Source of the DNA: Hemiscyllium ocellatum
Lineage: Eukaryota
Reading direction: 5' to 3'
Assembly (NCBI RefSeq): GCF_020745735.1
Contig: NC_083409.1
Span: forward strand, 13,019,259 to 13,083,258
Length of the DNA: 64,000 nt
The stretch's first letter is position 1. Each line of letters opens with the position of its first letter. This document shows positions 40,201-47,616 of the stretch, piece after piece. The position numbers were made by a program, and so were the translations under genes. The notes below the pieces were generated by a model. That model was not told where the DNA came from, did no database searches, and worked only from the letters and a program-made list of their open reading frames with translations.

Positions 40201-41539
40201 CGCAGGCTGCAGCACTTCAAGACAAATATCTTTCCAAAGAGAAATGGTGGGTGGGGGGGTGGGGAACATGCATCCCAACACTGAAGTTTTAAAAAATTGG
40301 GTGCTTGGTATGCCAAAAATTTCAAATCATTGCTTTTTTTCCCTCTTTGGATCAAACATTTCCAGCTGATAGTGTGCGTCCATTAGGCAAGGGTTGGAAG
40401 TCTCTGCTCTGCACCAGCTCAAGTAGTGATACCGTCAGGCCACAGCTACACCAGGGCAGAGGCCAGCCTAAAGTTAAAACGTGTAATTCAGTTACACTCA
40501 CCAGCTCTTTCCTTGTGGTGGGTATTCCTTTCTGGTTGTGCATACTGAGTAAAACATCTCCACTCGTTTATTATGTTACTGGCAATATTGGTGATTGATC
40601 TCACTGGTTTGAGGAGTTGTGGCATTGGAATCAAATTCAAAACCAGGTAGGAACAGGATTAAGCCAGCAGCACCTTCAGTCTGTTCTCGTACTCCTAATC
40701 ATAGCTGATTTGTATCTACCTCTGTATATTGATCTCCTAATTTTTCCGAACTGTTATTTGACCTTACAAATATCTGTCAACACTCGTATTGAAATGCTGT
40801 AACAGTCACAATAGTTTTTAAGGCTGGAAGGAACCAGATTATTTTAGTATTGTTTGTGTGACAAAAGGCTTCTTCATCATTCCCCCTAATCAACCTAAGT
40901 CTTATTTTCCTGCATGCCCTATTTCTGGCATGCCTCGCCAAAGGAACTAGTTTCTCACTTCCTTCGCTGTCAAATCGTTTAATCATCTCAGTCACTTCTA
41001 TAGATCCATCCCCTAGTCATCTTTACTCAAGAGAATGCAGGCCTCGTTTATCAAATAAAAGTAAAAAATGCTGGAAATATTCAGGTCAGACCTAATTTAT
41101 GTAGCCAGTCCTTAACCTTCTCAGACTTGGTATTGTTTTGTACAAGAATAACTAGTGACTCTCCATTGATCTCGCAGCGAGCCCTCCAGAACTCCTGTCC
41201 AAGCTCCACTTGCTGTGTGGGAATGGCCACTTGTGTGATACTGGACACAAGGAAAGTGGGAGGCCTGAAGTCTGAGTGATTTCAGGGCAAACGCTGCTCA
41301 GTACGAGAGGAAAGAGCTGTAACAAATAAATCTTGATATAAAAACAATAACACCCCCTCTGTTTTTTCTGGCAGGTTCAAGAGCTTTATGAGGAGGAAGC
41401 CCAATGGGTGAATTATGATGAGGATGAGCTTTGTGTGAAGATGCAGTTGGCAGATTATATTTTTGAAGTTCTGATAAAAGACACAATAAATGTACTGAAT
41501 CAGATTCAGGGGCAACAGTTAAAACTCATGTTATCCTAA
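1080..41539 (+). CDS. CEP350: CEP350-like gene (centrosome-associated protein 350 family; possibly the CAP-Gly-less paralogue CCDC187), 3' portion, 18 coding exons, 5' end outside the window
   Basis: 18 AG/GT(GC)-bounded exons join in frame (2929 nt = 1 nt + 976 codons including stop). They encode CEP350 hallmark motifs: AQQETVSLAQILK, ALLKLKAEQEA, FDESMTEDEIEEQSF, SGGQDSFYKFTMEMVRQY, KEKTKAELAWLEHQK, EELLEWKQRLDAEE, WMKPSRI, RDRVDHIL and EEEAQWVNYDEDELCVKMQLAD. Orthologue versus paralogue is not resolved. Confidence 0.9.
2184..2347 (+). CDS. CEP350: CEP350-like exon (SMLSSPPSIQHHMTAQHTYLDAMEESIRQLSEIDMTRGIAFAQQETVSLAQILK)
   Basis: ttgcag acceptor, aag|gtacag donor; resembles CEP350 HRMAAELSYLNAIEESVRQLSDVERVRGISLAQQESVSLAQIIK. 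Confidence 0.93.
2887..2997 (+). CDS. CEP350: CEP350-like exon (AQQLSHEHDIALLKLKAEQEAAASQRQLEEARQKAVQ)
   Basis: gtccag acceptor, cag|gtactt donor, 111 nt, phase 0-0. Confidence 0.93.
5229..5680 (-). mobile_element. CR1 (HER1-like) LINE 3' fragment
   Basis: (atagaac)n tail; the minus translation ...LKILGGKYKGNVRGRFFTQRVSNAWN... is typical of the CR1 ORF2 C-terminus. Confidence 0.85.
6275..6406 (+). CDS. CEP350: CEP350-like exon (ACAESLQQFVQVRQEMLQESTTKLITQQVELARLMADTARQVTE)
   Basis: ttctcag acceptor, gag|gtactt donor, 132 nt, phase 0-0; resembles HAESLQQVV...ETARLTTDAARQICE. Confidence 0.92.
7298..8880 (-). mobile_element. Degraded CR1 LINE fragments
   Basis: CR1 3' end at about 7300; RT-region remnants (e.g. 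8426-8620 minus: LIMYTGKTADNLNQYFTLLF). Confidence 0.7.
9170..9330 (+). CDS. CEP350: CEP350-like exon (MTELACAQV...LLDQQRQQHSDFMNQLRTRTEPD)
   Basis: ggtttag acceptor, ag|gtaaga donor, phase 0-2; resembles LYDHQRQHLPDFVKQLRTRTETDR. Confidence 0.9.
9811..11200 (-). mobile_element. Penelope-like retroelement (Poseidon-type) 3' part: RT C-terminus plus GIY-YIG endonuclease, with an inverted RT segment and inverted pLTRs
   Basis: Minus ORF ...NVVYKIPCKDCTKDYIGQTGRQLTIRIHEH...FLEAWHS (GIY-YIG with CxxC); plus-strand RT piece LWIRYVNDTF...LPFLDVLVERT; 186-bp inverted repeats 9811-9996 and 10979-11164; 13-bp TSD cgaagggcctgtt at 9798-9810 and 11201-11213. Confidence 0.93.
11092..11125 (+). ncRNA. 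Minimal hammerhead ribozyme core in the Penelope pLTR (antisense twin at 9850-9883)
   Basis: gca-CUGAUGA-u-GUUCCCU-agca-AGGGAAC-GAAAC-GUU-ugc: catalytic core, 7-bp stem II, loopless palindromic stem III (AACGUU) and 3-bp stem I. Confidence 0.75.
11370..11790 (+). mobile_element. Old CR1 LINE fragment (endonuclease/tether region)
   Basis: Degenerate ...GDLVI*LINE..KDPFGK..HSIIEF... type sequence seen in CR1 ORF2. Confidence 0.55.
12488..12610 (+). CDS. CEP350: CEP350-like exon (KNECSPTPGGS...SLTESSRLKYHDR)
   Basis: tttcatcgtag acceptor, ag|gtgggc donor, 123 nt, phase 2-2; resembles YSESSGYKNHDRR. Confidence 0.85.
12681..13185. mobile_element. Fold-back pLTR-like palindrome interrupted by the SINE above
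   Basis: 12681-12710 and 13040-13087 together are the reverse complement of 13096-13185; centre agagctct. Confidence 0.75.
12711..13039 (+). mobile_element. SacSINE/Deu-like tRNA-derived SINE with L2-type tail
   Basis: Head ggggaggtgatggcccagtggtatt (same head at 61-113); tail ttagggatgggcaataaatgctg. Confidence 0.7.
13835..14520 (-). mobile_element. L2-type LINE 3' fragment
   Basis: Reverse complement of the ...gggcaataaatg... tail followed by gagaaggtgg..gagct... sequence that recurs at 18320, 35190, 45660, 46450 and 59350. Confidence 0.6.
15161..15321 (+). CDS. CEP350: CEP350-like exon (SGSSKHDSPSVP...SSIEEVVQTTADNSIHSDSLPSLPGEK); not in the ORF track
   Basis: Phase 2 to 1, which is required to bridge the flanking exons; resembles SSGSSRQESPSVP...SSIDEQVQTAADDSLRSDSVPSLPDEK. 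The 3' end is either the GC donor after 15321 or the GT donor after 15312. Confidence 0.88.
15781..15965 (+). CDS. CEP350: CEP350-like exon (DSASVATEFDESMTEDEIEEQSFYPLLPSKSH...DDSDEDILQDQSASIAVK)
   Basis: ctctccag acceptor, aaa|gtgagt donor, phase 1-0. Confidence 0.95.
16885..17070. mobile_element. Penelope-like pLTR fold-back with a hammerhead core in the loop
   Basis: 63-bp arms 16885-16947 and 16975-17037; the minus strand at 16948-16975 reads CTGATGA-a-GGGC-ttat-GCCC-GAAAC-GTC. Confidence 0.85.
17883..18070 (+). CDS. CEP350: CEP350-like exon (HDFSMSFSGGQDSFYKFTMEMVRQYVEEEEMRAQHRVSLLKLREQAMKEKTKAELAWLEHQK)
   Basis: ctgtccag acceptor, aa|gtgagt donor, phase 0-2; the most conserved CEP350 motif. 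Confidence 0.97.
19560..21525 (+). mobile_element. CR1 LINE, 5'-truncated and frameshifted ORF2 (RT)
   Basis: KSPGPDGINPRI, YMDFSKAFDK, QGSILG, FADD, LEYCVQFW and ERVQRRFTRMLPG remnants; ends in a tgttctatg tail. Confidence 0.92.
21551..21638 (+). CDS. CEP350: CEP350-like exon (CLQDNGEDDKMPSIRRRQRGLLLRLQQEQ)
   Basis: ctaaccag acceptor, cag|gtatga donor, phase 2-0. Confidence 0.95.
22695..22841 (+). CDS. CEP350: CEP350-like exon (AEIRHLQKANKAAHRERQLILKQQEEI...LKSVGESKL)
   Basis: caccacag acceptor, ttg|gttagt donor, 147 nt, phase 0-0. Confidence 0.95.
23683..23870 (+). CDS. CEP350: CEP350-like exon (VPTRQEQ...TETWSPSSVSTSGSETSNIMQKQKMRSHVDE)
   Basis: attctcag acceptor, aa|gtaata donor, phase 0-2. 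Confidence 0.92.
24431..24765 (+). mobile_element. HE1-like SINE, near full length
   Basis: tRNA head with B-box gggttcgattc, core gtggagtttgcacattctccc, tail ggcctgtttccacactg. Confidence 0.88.
25350..25925 (+). mobile_element. CR1 LINE 3' ORF2 fragment
   Basis: NGKVLGSVAEQRDLGVQV...LAFIGQCIEYKSWDVMLWLYRTLVRPLLE. Confidence 0.88.
27155..28215 (-). mobile_element. CR1 LINE fragment
   Basis: Minus translation WQPVTSEVLQGSMVQTQLLTIYTNDL...FVGDTKLGG, with the CR1 3' end near 27160. Confidence 0.85.
29662..29855 (+). CDS. CEP350: CEP350-like exon (FLTKREQKLQRRRRAEELLEWKQRLDAEEAAIQQMEEQAQAAWD...IPELN)
   Basis: tccatcag acceptor, g|gtaatg donor, phase 2-1. Confidence 0.93.
30708..30910 (+). CDS. 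CEP350: CEP350-like exon (DTGSEEECPVPPCSQPHRDSSVPEEV...SPDHPIFTDGVYSQDFVATHSKM)
   Basis: ttttctgtag acceptor, atg|gtaaaa donor, phase 1-0; resembles SEEESPVP...SSIPEEL...SPDHSILTEEMICSQEL. Confidence 0.9.
31030..31335 (+). repeat. Purine-rich low-complexity tract of imperfect GGGAAT/GGGAAAT units
   Basis: Repeated gggaat, gggaaat and gggagt motifs with strong G/A strand skew. Confidence 0.7.
32683..32922 (+). CDS. CEP350: CEP350-like exon (GSPVQEPQ...EIVTLVHGAAEELYKWQELGHDL...ESVSRRAYCE)
   Basis: tttgcaacag acceptor, gag|gtgaga donor, 240 nt, phase 0-0. Confidence 0.93.
33400..34620 (-). mobile_element. Old CR1 LINE fragment
   Basis: Degenerate minus-strand ORF2 pieces (KSPGVDM.., KITYIILRKAP.., LGSSDH-like). 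Confidence 0.55.
34688..34834 (+). CDS. CEP350: CEP350-like exon (LIFNVTREIFADIFSDDLHASPAPWMKPSRISSLFFKRARNPQNLNEVK)
   Basis: cttccag acceptor, aag|gtaata donor, 147 nt. Confidence 0.95.
35190..36895 (-). mobile_element. L2-type fragment (about 35190-35885) followed by a CR1 RT/3' fragment (about 35895-36895)
   Basis: Minus ORF 36301-36912: VTSGVPQGSVLGSLHFVNYINDLD...FADNTKI...LEYSVQFW. Confidence 0.88.
38614..38736 (+). CDS. CEP350: CEP350-like exon (IFISNEVLKLFGLNEEQHQKTTWQKLKKFGTKQRDRVDHIL)
   Basis: acccacag acceptor, ttg|gtaggt donor, 123 nt. Confidence 0.95.
39030..39200. mobile_element. Fold-back pLTR-like element (third family)
   Basis: About 58-bp arms 39058-39115 and 39138-39195 around gagtc-agtta-gactc-gaaatgtc. 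Confidence 0.7.
41375..41539 (+). CDS. CEP350: CEP350-like terminal coding exon (VQELYEEEAQWVNYDEDELCVKMQLADYIFEVLIKDTINVLNQIQGQQLKLMLS*); not in the ORF track
   Basis: ttttttctggcag acceptor; 55 codons ending TAA at 41537-41539; matches the CEP350 C-terminus. Confidence 0.96.
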   Translation, partial: VQELYEEEAQWVNYDEDELCVKMQLADYIFEVLIKDTINVLNQIQGQQLKLMLS

Positions 41540-42190
41540 CATGGGCCATGCCATCGGCCAACTTGTGGACTCCAGAAAAAAACCAAACCTCATGCCCGAG
41601 CAGAGGAGAATCCACCTCGGCCTCTAAACTCCTCTCTCTGATTGAGTTTTGACATCTGGCATAGAATTTCCTCAATAAGTAGGTGGTTTGGGATATCGAT
41701 CCTTACTGGAGTCAGCCGACTGGCAGGATGTGGATACCAAAAGTGCCAACCTTTCTCCTGACCTATTTATATACAACCCGATCCCATTTATTTATCCAAA
41801 CTGTAGCATGGACTTGAATTCAAAGAAGATTGCACATTTAATTTTGTTTTTGTATTTACACCTACGTTTACCTTTTTAAAAAGTATATCTAGTGGTGCGA
41901 TGATATGTGTTTGGTGTATGTTAGCTCTGAGACTCTGAACAATGGCTGATACCAGACACTGAATACTCCCTCTGAGTGAGGAGGACTATATCTGCATGAC
42001 TGAAGTGGAAGGCAGAAGTATTGAGGATTTTAAATACTTGCACTTACTTCATTATAAGTCTTGATTTTATTTTTTGGTTTTAAATTATTTCAGAAAGGAC
42101 AATTGATTTTTATTCATGTAAATGGACTGTATTTGTGATTTTCAGGAAAACGTTGAAAACTTTGAGCAGCTTTTGAGATCACTTGCACTA

Positions 42191-42209
42191 ATTCAGAACT
42201 TCTTCTGAA

Positions 42210-42240
<31 letters not shown>

Positions 42241-42300
42241 ATTCAGAACTCTCTCTCTCTCCCCTTCAGAACTCATTCTCTTTTGCTCTCTCTCTCTCTC
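42191..42300. repeat. (CT)n microsatellite with interspersed ttcagaact units
   Basis: Direct observation. Confidence 0.9.
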
Positions 42301-42399
42301 CATACTACAGGAATCTCTTTTTCTCCCTCCTTTCTCACCACTCCTGATCATTTCTATTGCATGGTGCTTCTGTCTGTTAATTTTCTCGAATGTTCCTCT

Positions 42400-44375
42400 T
42401 TTTTTAGTAAATATTTATTGAAAAATATTATATTATAATACAGTAATGTGAATAAACCGCCGGCTACTGTTCAAGATACAGTTGTCATATTTTGCTTAAC
42501 TTAAAACAAATCAGCACAAACTCAAATTAAATAAAATAACACTAAATTTAAGTACAATCCATTAAAATTAAATTGCACTACTATATATTACACGACTCCA
42601 CTCGCCGCACTCTCCATCAAAGCTCCTGTCCACAGGAACAACAGTGATTATACCCGTATTTATGAGACCACACCCCCCCACCCCAAATCCTGTGATCCCC
42701 GGACCACCACATACAGCCCTCGTGCCTCTATAAAGGCCCTAATCAGTACTGCCGACAGATCCATGTTGATGTAAATTAGAAAGGGCCGCCATGTCTTATA
42801 AATTGCTCCATTCCGTGGTGCCCCATACTGTCAGGTAATCTTGAGGGACGTGCTCCATCACAAGTCTGTGCCACCCTGAAAGACCTGGAGGCTTTGCTGA
42901 TATTCAATTCATTAGGATGTCCTTCCTCACACAATGTGTAAGAATGTTGAATAACCTCTTCCCGTGCTCACCCAAAGAGGGAAGTTTCGGTCGTTCCCAA
43001 AAGGAGGGACACCAGATCCTCCCAAACTTCCATTCCCAGGATTGTCTCCAGCTCATTCACTTTGCCCCCCCCAGGATCCAAGGATCTTGTAACAGGACCA
43101 AAAGCAATGTGTAAGGATGTCAATACTGTTTTTACATTGGGACATTTCGGGGAAGACCCTTTCTTAAACTTTGCTAACCTCTCTGGCTCCATTTGGGTCC
43201 TGGGGAGGATCTTCAATTGCATTGCTTGTGCCTTATTGTAGATTGAAATTTTTTTTACATTCCCTCATAATCCTCCTACATTTCTGATGAGATTTCTTCC
43301 CTTAACTCCTGATTCCAAATCTCCCTGACTCTCTCCAATTCCCCAAGGCATTCCCTCTCTGCAGATGATATGAGGTACTAACTGAAAGAGTGCCCCTCAT
43401 CGGAGCACTCTTCATTCTATATCCGACTTGTGGGGCTGGGTCAAGAACGTAGTCTTCTTCTGTATGTAATCCCTAACCTGGAAATATCGGAAAAGATCCC
43501 AATTTGGATTTCGTAATTTCTGACCTAATTTGCATTGAACAGTAAATTTCTAAAGGGACATCTCACCTGCGACCCGCCGCCACTGCCAGCATGCCACATC
43601 GGACTTTGTGTCATTACGGCACCTATTTCAACTACTACATAGCAACAGGGTGCTGCTTTGATACTCTTCAGATCTGGGAGGTCCACCGCCCACCCTCCAT
43701 ATCCTGCGGAAGTTGCAATTTGGTAAATTTAATTAAATTGCACCGACAGCGCAAAATAAATGACCCAAGCCATCCCACAAACCTCCGCAGCACCTGGTTG
43801 GGTAATAACAAAGGGAGCATCCTCACAGGATAGAACAACCAAGGAACAACATTCACTTTAATCAAGGCTATACGGCCGAGCCATGATCTGGGTATTCCCT
43901 CCCATCGCTGCAAGTCCTGCTTTACCTCTCAAACAGCGACACAAGGTTAGCTCCATACAGTTGCGGGAAGTGAGGGGTAATAAAAATTCCCAGATAGGGA
44001 AAACCTTTCTGTGACCATCTAAAAGGAAACTCCATTCCGTCCTCCAGTTTCAGTACCTGCACCAATCTCCCACAGGCAGGACTTCCGATTTTGGAAAATT
44101 TATTCTGTATCCTGAAAGGTTGACGAATAATTTAATTTTTTTATTAGCCAGGGTATGGACTTTTCAGAGTTAGCTAAAAACAAGAGGACATTGTCCGTGT
44201 AGAGAGTGATTTTTGTTTCCCCAACTCCCACCTTCGGTGCCGTTATTTCAGGGTCTTTTCAGACAGTCCCTGCCAGTGGTTCAAGTACCAAGGTAAACAG
44301 TAGGGGCAACAGGGAACATCCCTGTCAGCTGCCCTCCCCACACCAAAATTACTCAATTTCATATTATTCGCGATA
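42400..44375 (-). mobile_element. L1/Tx1-clade LINE, 5'-truncated and degraded ORF2
   Basis: Minus-strand RQGCSLLPLLFTLVLEPL, KITLYTDNVLLFL (YADD-like) and WLGRIALIKVNVVP; AATAAA plus A-run at its 3' end near 42400-42420. Confidence 0.85.
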
Positions 44376-47300
44376 ATGCCATCCAGATTCATGTCTCCCA
44401 TCAACCAATCAGGTCATACTCTCTACCTTTCTCAACCTATCCCCACCTCACCACACAGCTCCCCAACACCCACCCTGAGTCCTGAAGAAGGGTTACACCT
44501 GAAATGTCGACTCCTGAAGAGGTTAGACAGAGAAGGTTGGATTGCAACAAGAGTCACAGGTACTTCATATCTCATCTCATTGAATCAAACCATCGAGCCC
44601 ATCAATCCTGAAAACAGATTCCAACATTGAAGTCCCATTTGCTGGTTGCACATGTAAAGTCTCTCTCAGGCTGAAGAAAGGAAGCTCTCCACTGAGAAAT
44701 TAGTGAGCTTAACCCAGATCCTGAACAACAGCACAACAGAATGGAGTGATATAAATCAGAAACAGTATAAATACAGGGCAGCCTTAATACTGCAGCTAGC
44801 ACTGAGTGCAGCCAACACAGAGGGGAATGCTGGGAAGTTTGGTCAGTGTGGAAGTTCGGGGAATTCGGGGACGGAGCCTACCTTTGCTTTTCCAAACTGA
44901 TTTGGAACTGTCACTTCAGCTGCTGGGAGCCTGCACATGCACTTGGTTTGAATGAAATAAAATGATAAACAAGAGAATAGGAGTCTGGTAAGCAGATCAG
45001 CTGGGAATTGTTCAGTATGAGGGACTGTCTAAATAGATTGCTTCAGGACATGTCCATTAGGGAAGGTTTATAAATTGAAAGTAATGAAACTTCAAAACAG
45101 AGATTGAAGACAATTACTGGTCCAATGAAGGAATGGATATTTTTCATTTGTAAGTGAGCTCAATATATTTATTTAATTGAAATGATTCAGCGTAAATACA
45201 TGTGTAGTGAATGTATAAAACTACCGGAACTCCCACTTGGAGGCTGAGTTGAAAAAAATGATACATTCGGGAGGGGCGGAGATACCTGGAGACTTTGTTC
45301 CAGAAGGAAGTTATCGGCCTCAGGACAGCACAGTTCAATAAGGGATGACCCATGAGGGAGGCAGATAGGGAGTTGGAGAATACTATGGGACAGGAAAACC
45401 CTTCACTCTTCTAAACTCCACTGAGACAAGGCCAGTCTTTCCAACCTTTCCTCATCACACAGCCCACTCATTCCAGGGATCAATTGAGTAAAACTCCTCT
45501 GAAACACCTCCAATGCATTTATATTCTTCCTTCAATAAGGAGACCAAACTACCCTCAGTATTTGAGATGTGGTCACACCAATGTTCAGGAAAAACTGAAA
45601 CATCACAGTCTCACTTTCTGGTCCTTAAGCACGCCTACTCTTACTTTTCCAGCCTTTTTACTGTCCATGTCTAATTGCCCTGGACAAGGTGGTGATTAGC
45701 TGCCTTCTTGAACCCCTGCAGTCTGTGTGCTGTAGGTAGATCCACAATGCATTTAGGAAGGGAATTCCAGGATTCTGACCCAGTGACAATGTAGGAACAG
45801 TGTTATAATTCCAAGTCAATCTAGTGAATGGCTTGGAGGGGAACTTGCTGGGGTGATGTTCCCATTGTATCTGCTGCCTTTGTCCTTGATTTAAGTAATC
45901 ATGACTTTGGAAGATGTTGTCTCAGGATTTTTGGTGAATCTCTGCAGTGCATTTTGTAAATAATACACAGAGCCGTTACTGAGCGTCGGTGTGGAGGGAA
46001 TGGATGTGTGTGGATGTGGTACCAATCAAGCGGGCTAATTTTTTTTCAACGAGATTTAAATAAAATAATGTAAGACAACATAAAATAAAATATAAAAATG
46101 TGCTGCCTTTTTGATAAAACAAAAAATTAACTCCTCCTCTCCCCACAGAGGCTGCACCTGTTCCCTTTCTCCAGCATCGAGCTTCTATTTGAGATTTGCA
46201 GTATTTTGTTTATGTATCTGTTTTAATGCCATTGGTTATAAGAGAAGCATTGGCCAGCACACTGGGGAGAGTTTCCCTGAGATGGTCAAAAGCCCTTATA
46301 TTCACATCGACCTGAGAGGGCAGTGGTTTAAACGATCATCCAGCAGATGGCGTCTTTGCCTTTGCCAGCCTCAGGATAGTGCTCCAGTGTCTGGAGTGGG
46401 GTTTGAAACCTGCAGGTTCAGGTGACGGTGTTATCACTGAACCCATCTATTCTTTTCTGGGATGTGGGTGTCACTGGCAAGACCAGCATTTGTTCTCCAT
46501 CCCTAACTGCCCTGAAACTGAGTAGCTTGCTCGGTCTTTCAAATGGCAGGTAAGGGTCAGCCACATTGCTGGAGTCCTGGCAGAGTCAGACATCTACAAC
46601 AGGTCTACAAGAACAAGGCTCTTTGGCCAATGAGCCAAAGCCAGTCAAAACAACCACCCACTATTCTAATTCCATGTTCCAGCACTTGGCCGTAGCCCTG
46701 TATACCTTGGCATCACAGCTGCACATCAAAATACGTCAATGTTATGGGAGAGCTCCTGCCTCAACCACCCTTACAGGGAGTGAGTCCCAGACTGCCACAC
46801 CCTTCAGGTCAAAACGTTTTCCTTATGTTCCCTCTTAACCTTTGGCCATTTATCTTTAATCTGTACCCCTCCGATCATTGATTATAATATAAAACCCCAT
46901 GTCACCAAGTCTCCCTTTATTGACACATGAACAGTCCTTGACTGTAATGCCTCAGAGAGAGTCAGGCACCGGAGGCTCAGGGTCTCTGACTCTCAGCCTG
47001 TTTATGTCAGTGAGGATTCCCTTGTTTCTCCTGGTAACGATTTGAGATTTTCTTGTGAAACCCAGTTGGGATTTCTTTAATGGCATTGAATCTCCCACAC
47101 GCTCCCACCTCTCTTGATGCTCACCTTGTCTGGTTAATTCTTCCCATTTCCTTCTCTTTTTTCAGTTCATTCCATTTCAGTAAAGTCTGTGATATTTTCC
47201 AGGGAGGATGTGCTCTGGAAACCGCTATTGACAAACTCACAGCCCTTCAATGGAAGGAAGGCCAATGTTTGCAGCAAGCCTGGACTGTGCCCTTGGGTAC

Positions 47301-47616
47301 CTTGTCTGAAGGATTCCATGTGATCTGTCAGCCTCCATCCCAGCCTGATAACCATCTCGGACATTGGAAGGAAATGCCCAGGGAGCAGGTTAACATGGTG
47401 CAAAAAGCCTTACAGCTGAAGCTTCAGTGTTTGCGCTCAGTGTGTATTATCACTTGCTCATTGCTCCCCTTTTACATGATAATGGAGAGAGAACTCTTGC
47501 TGGTGCAGTTTTTTTAATCATCTCAGGATATTGAAAGCTGTGAGCACAGTGCAGTTACTTTCACGGAAGATGGTGAGTCCCACTGACAGGAAACAAATGA
47601 CGAGACAAATCTATTC

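Noticed and set aside
43528-43535. Ig octamer ATTTGCAT
   Set aside because: It lies inside the L1 fragment with no leader or V exon downstream; expected by chance.
47547-47574. RSS heptamer CACAGTG
   Set aside because: No nonamer at a 12 or 23 spacer, no V or J coding flank, and not conserved in unit B (catagag).
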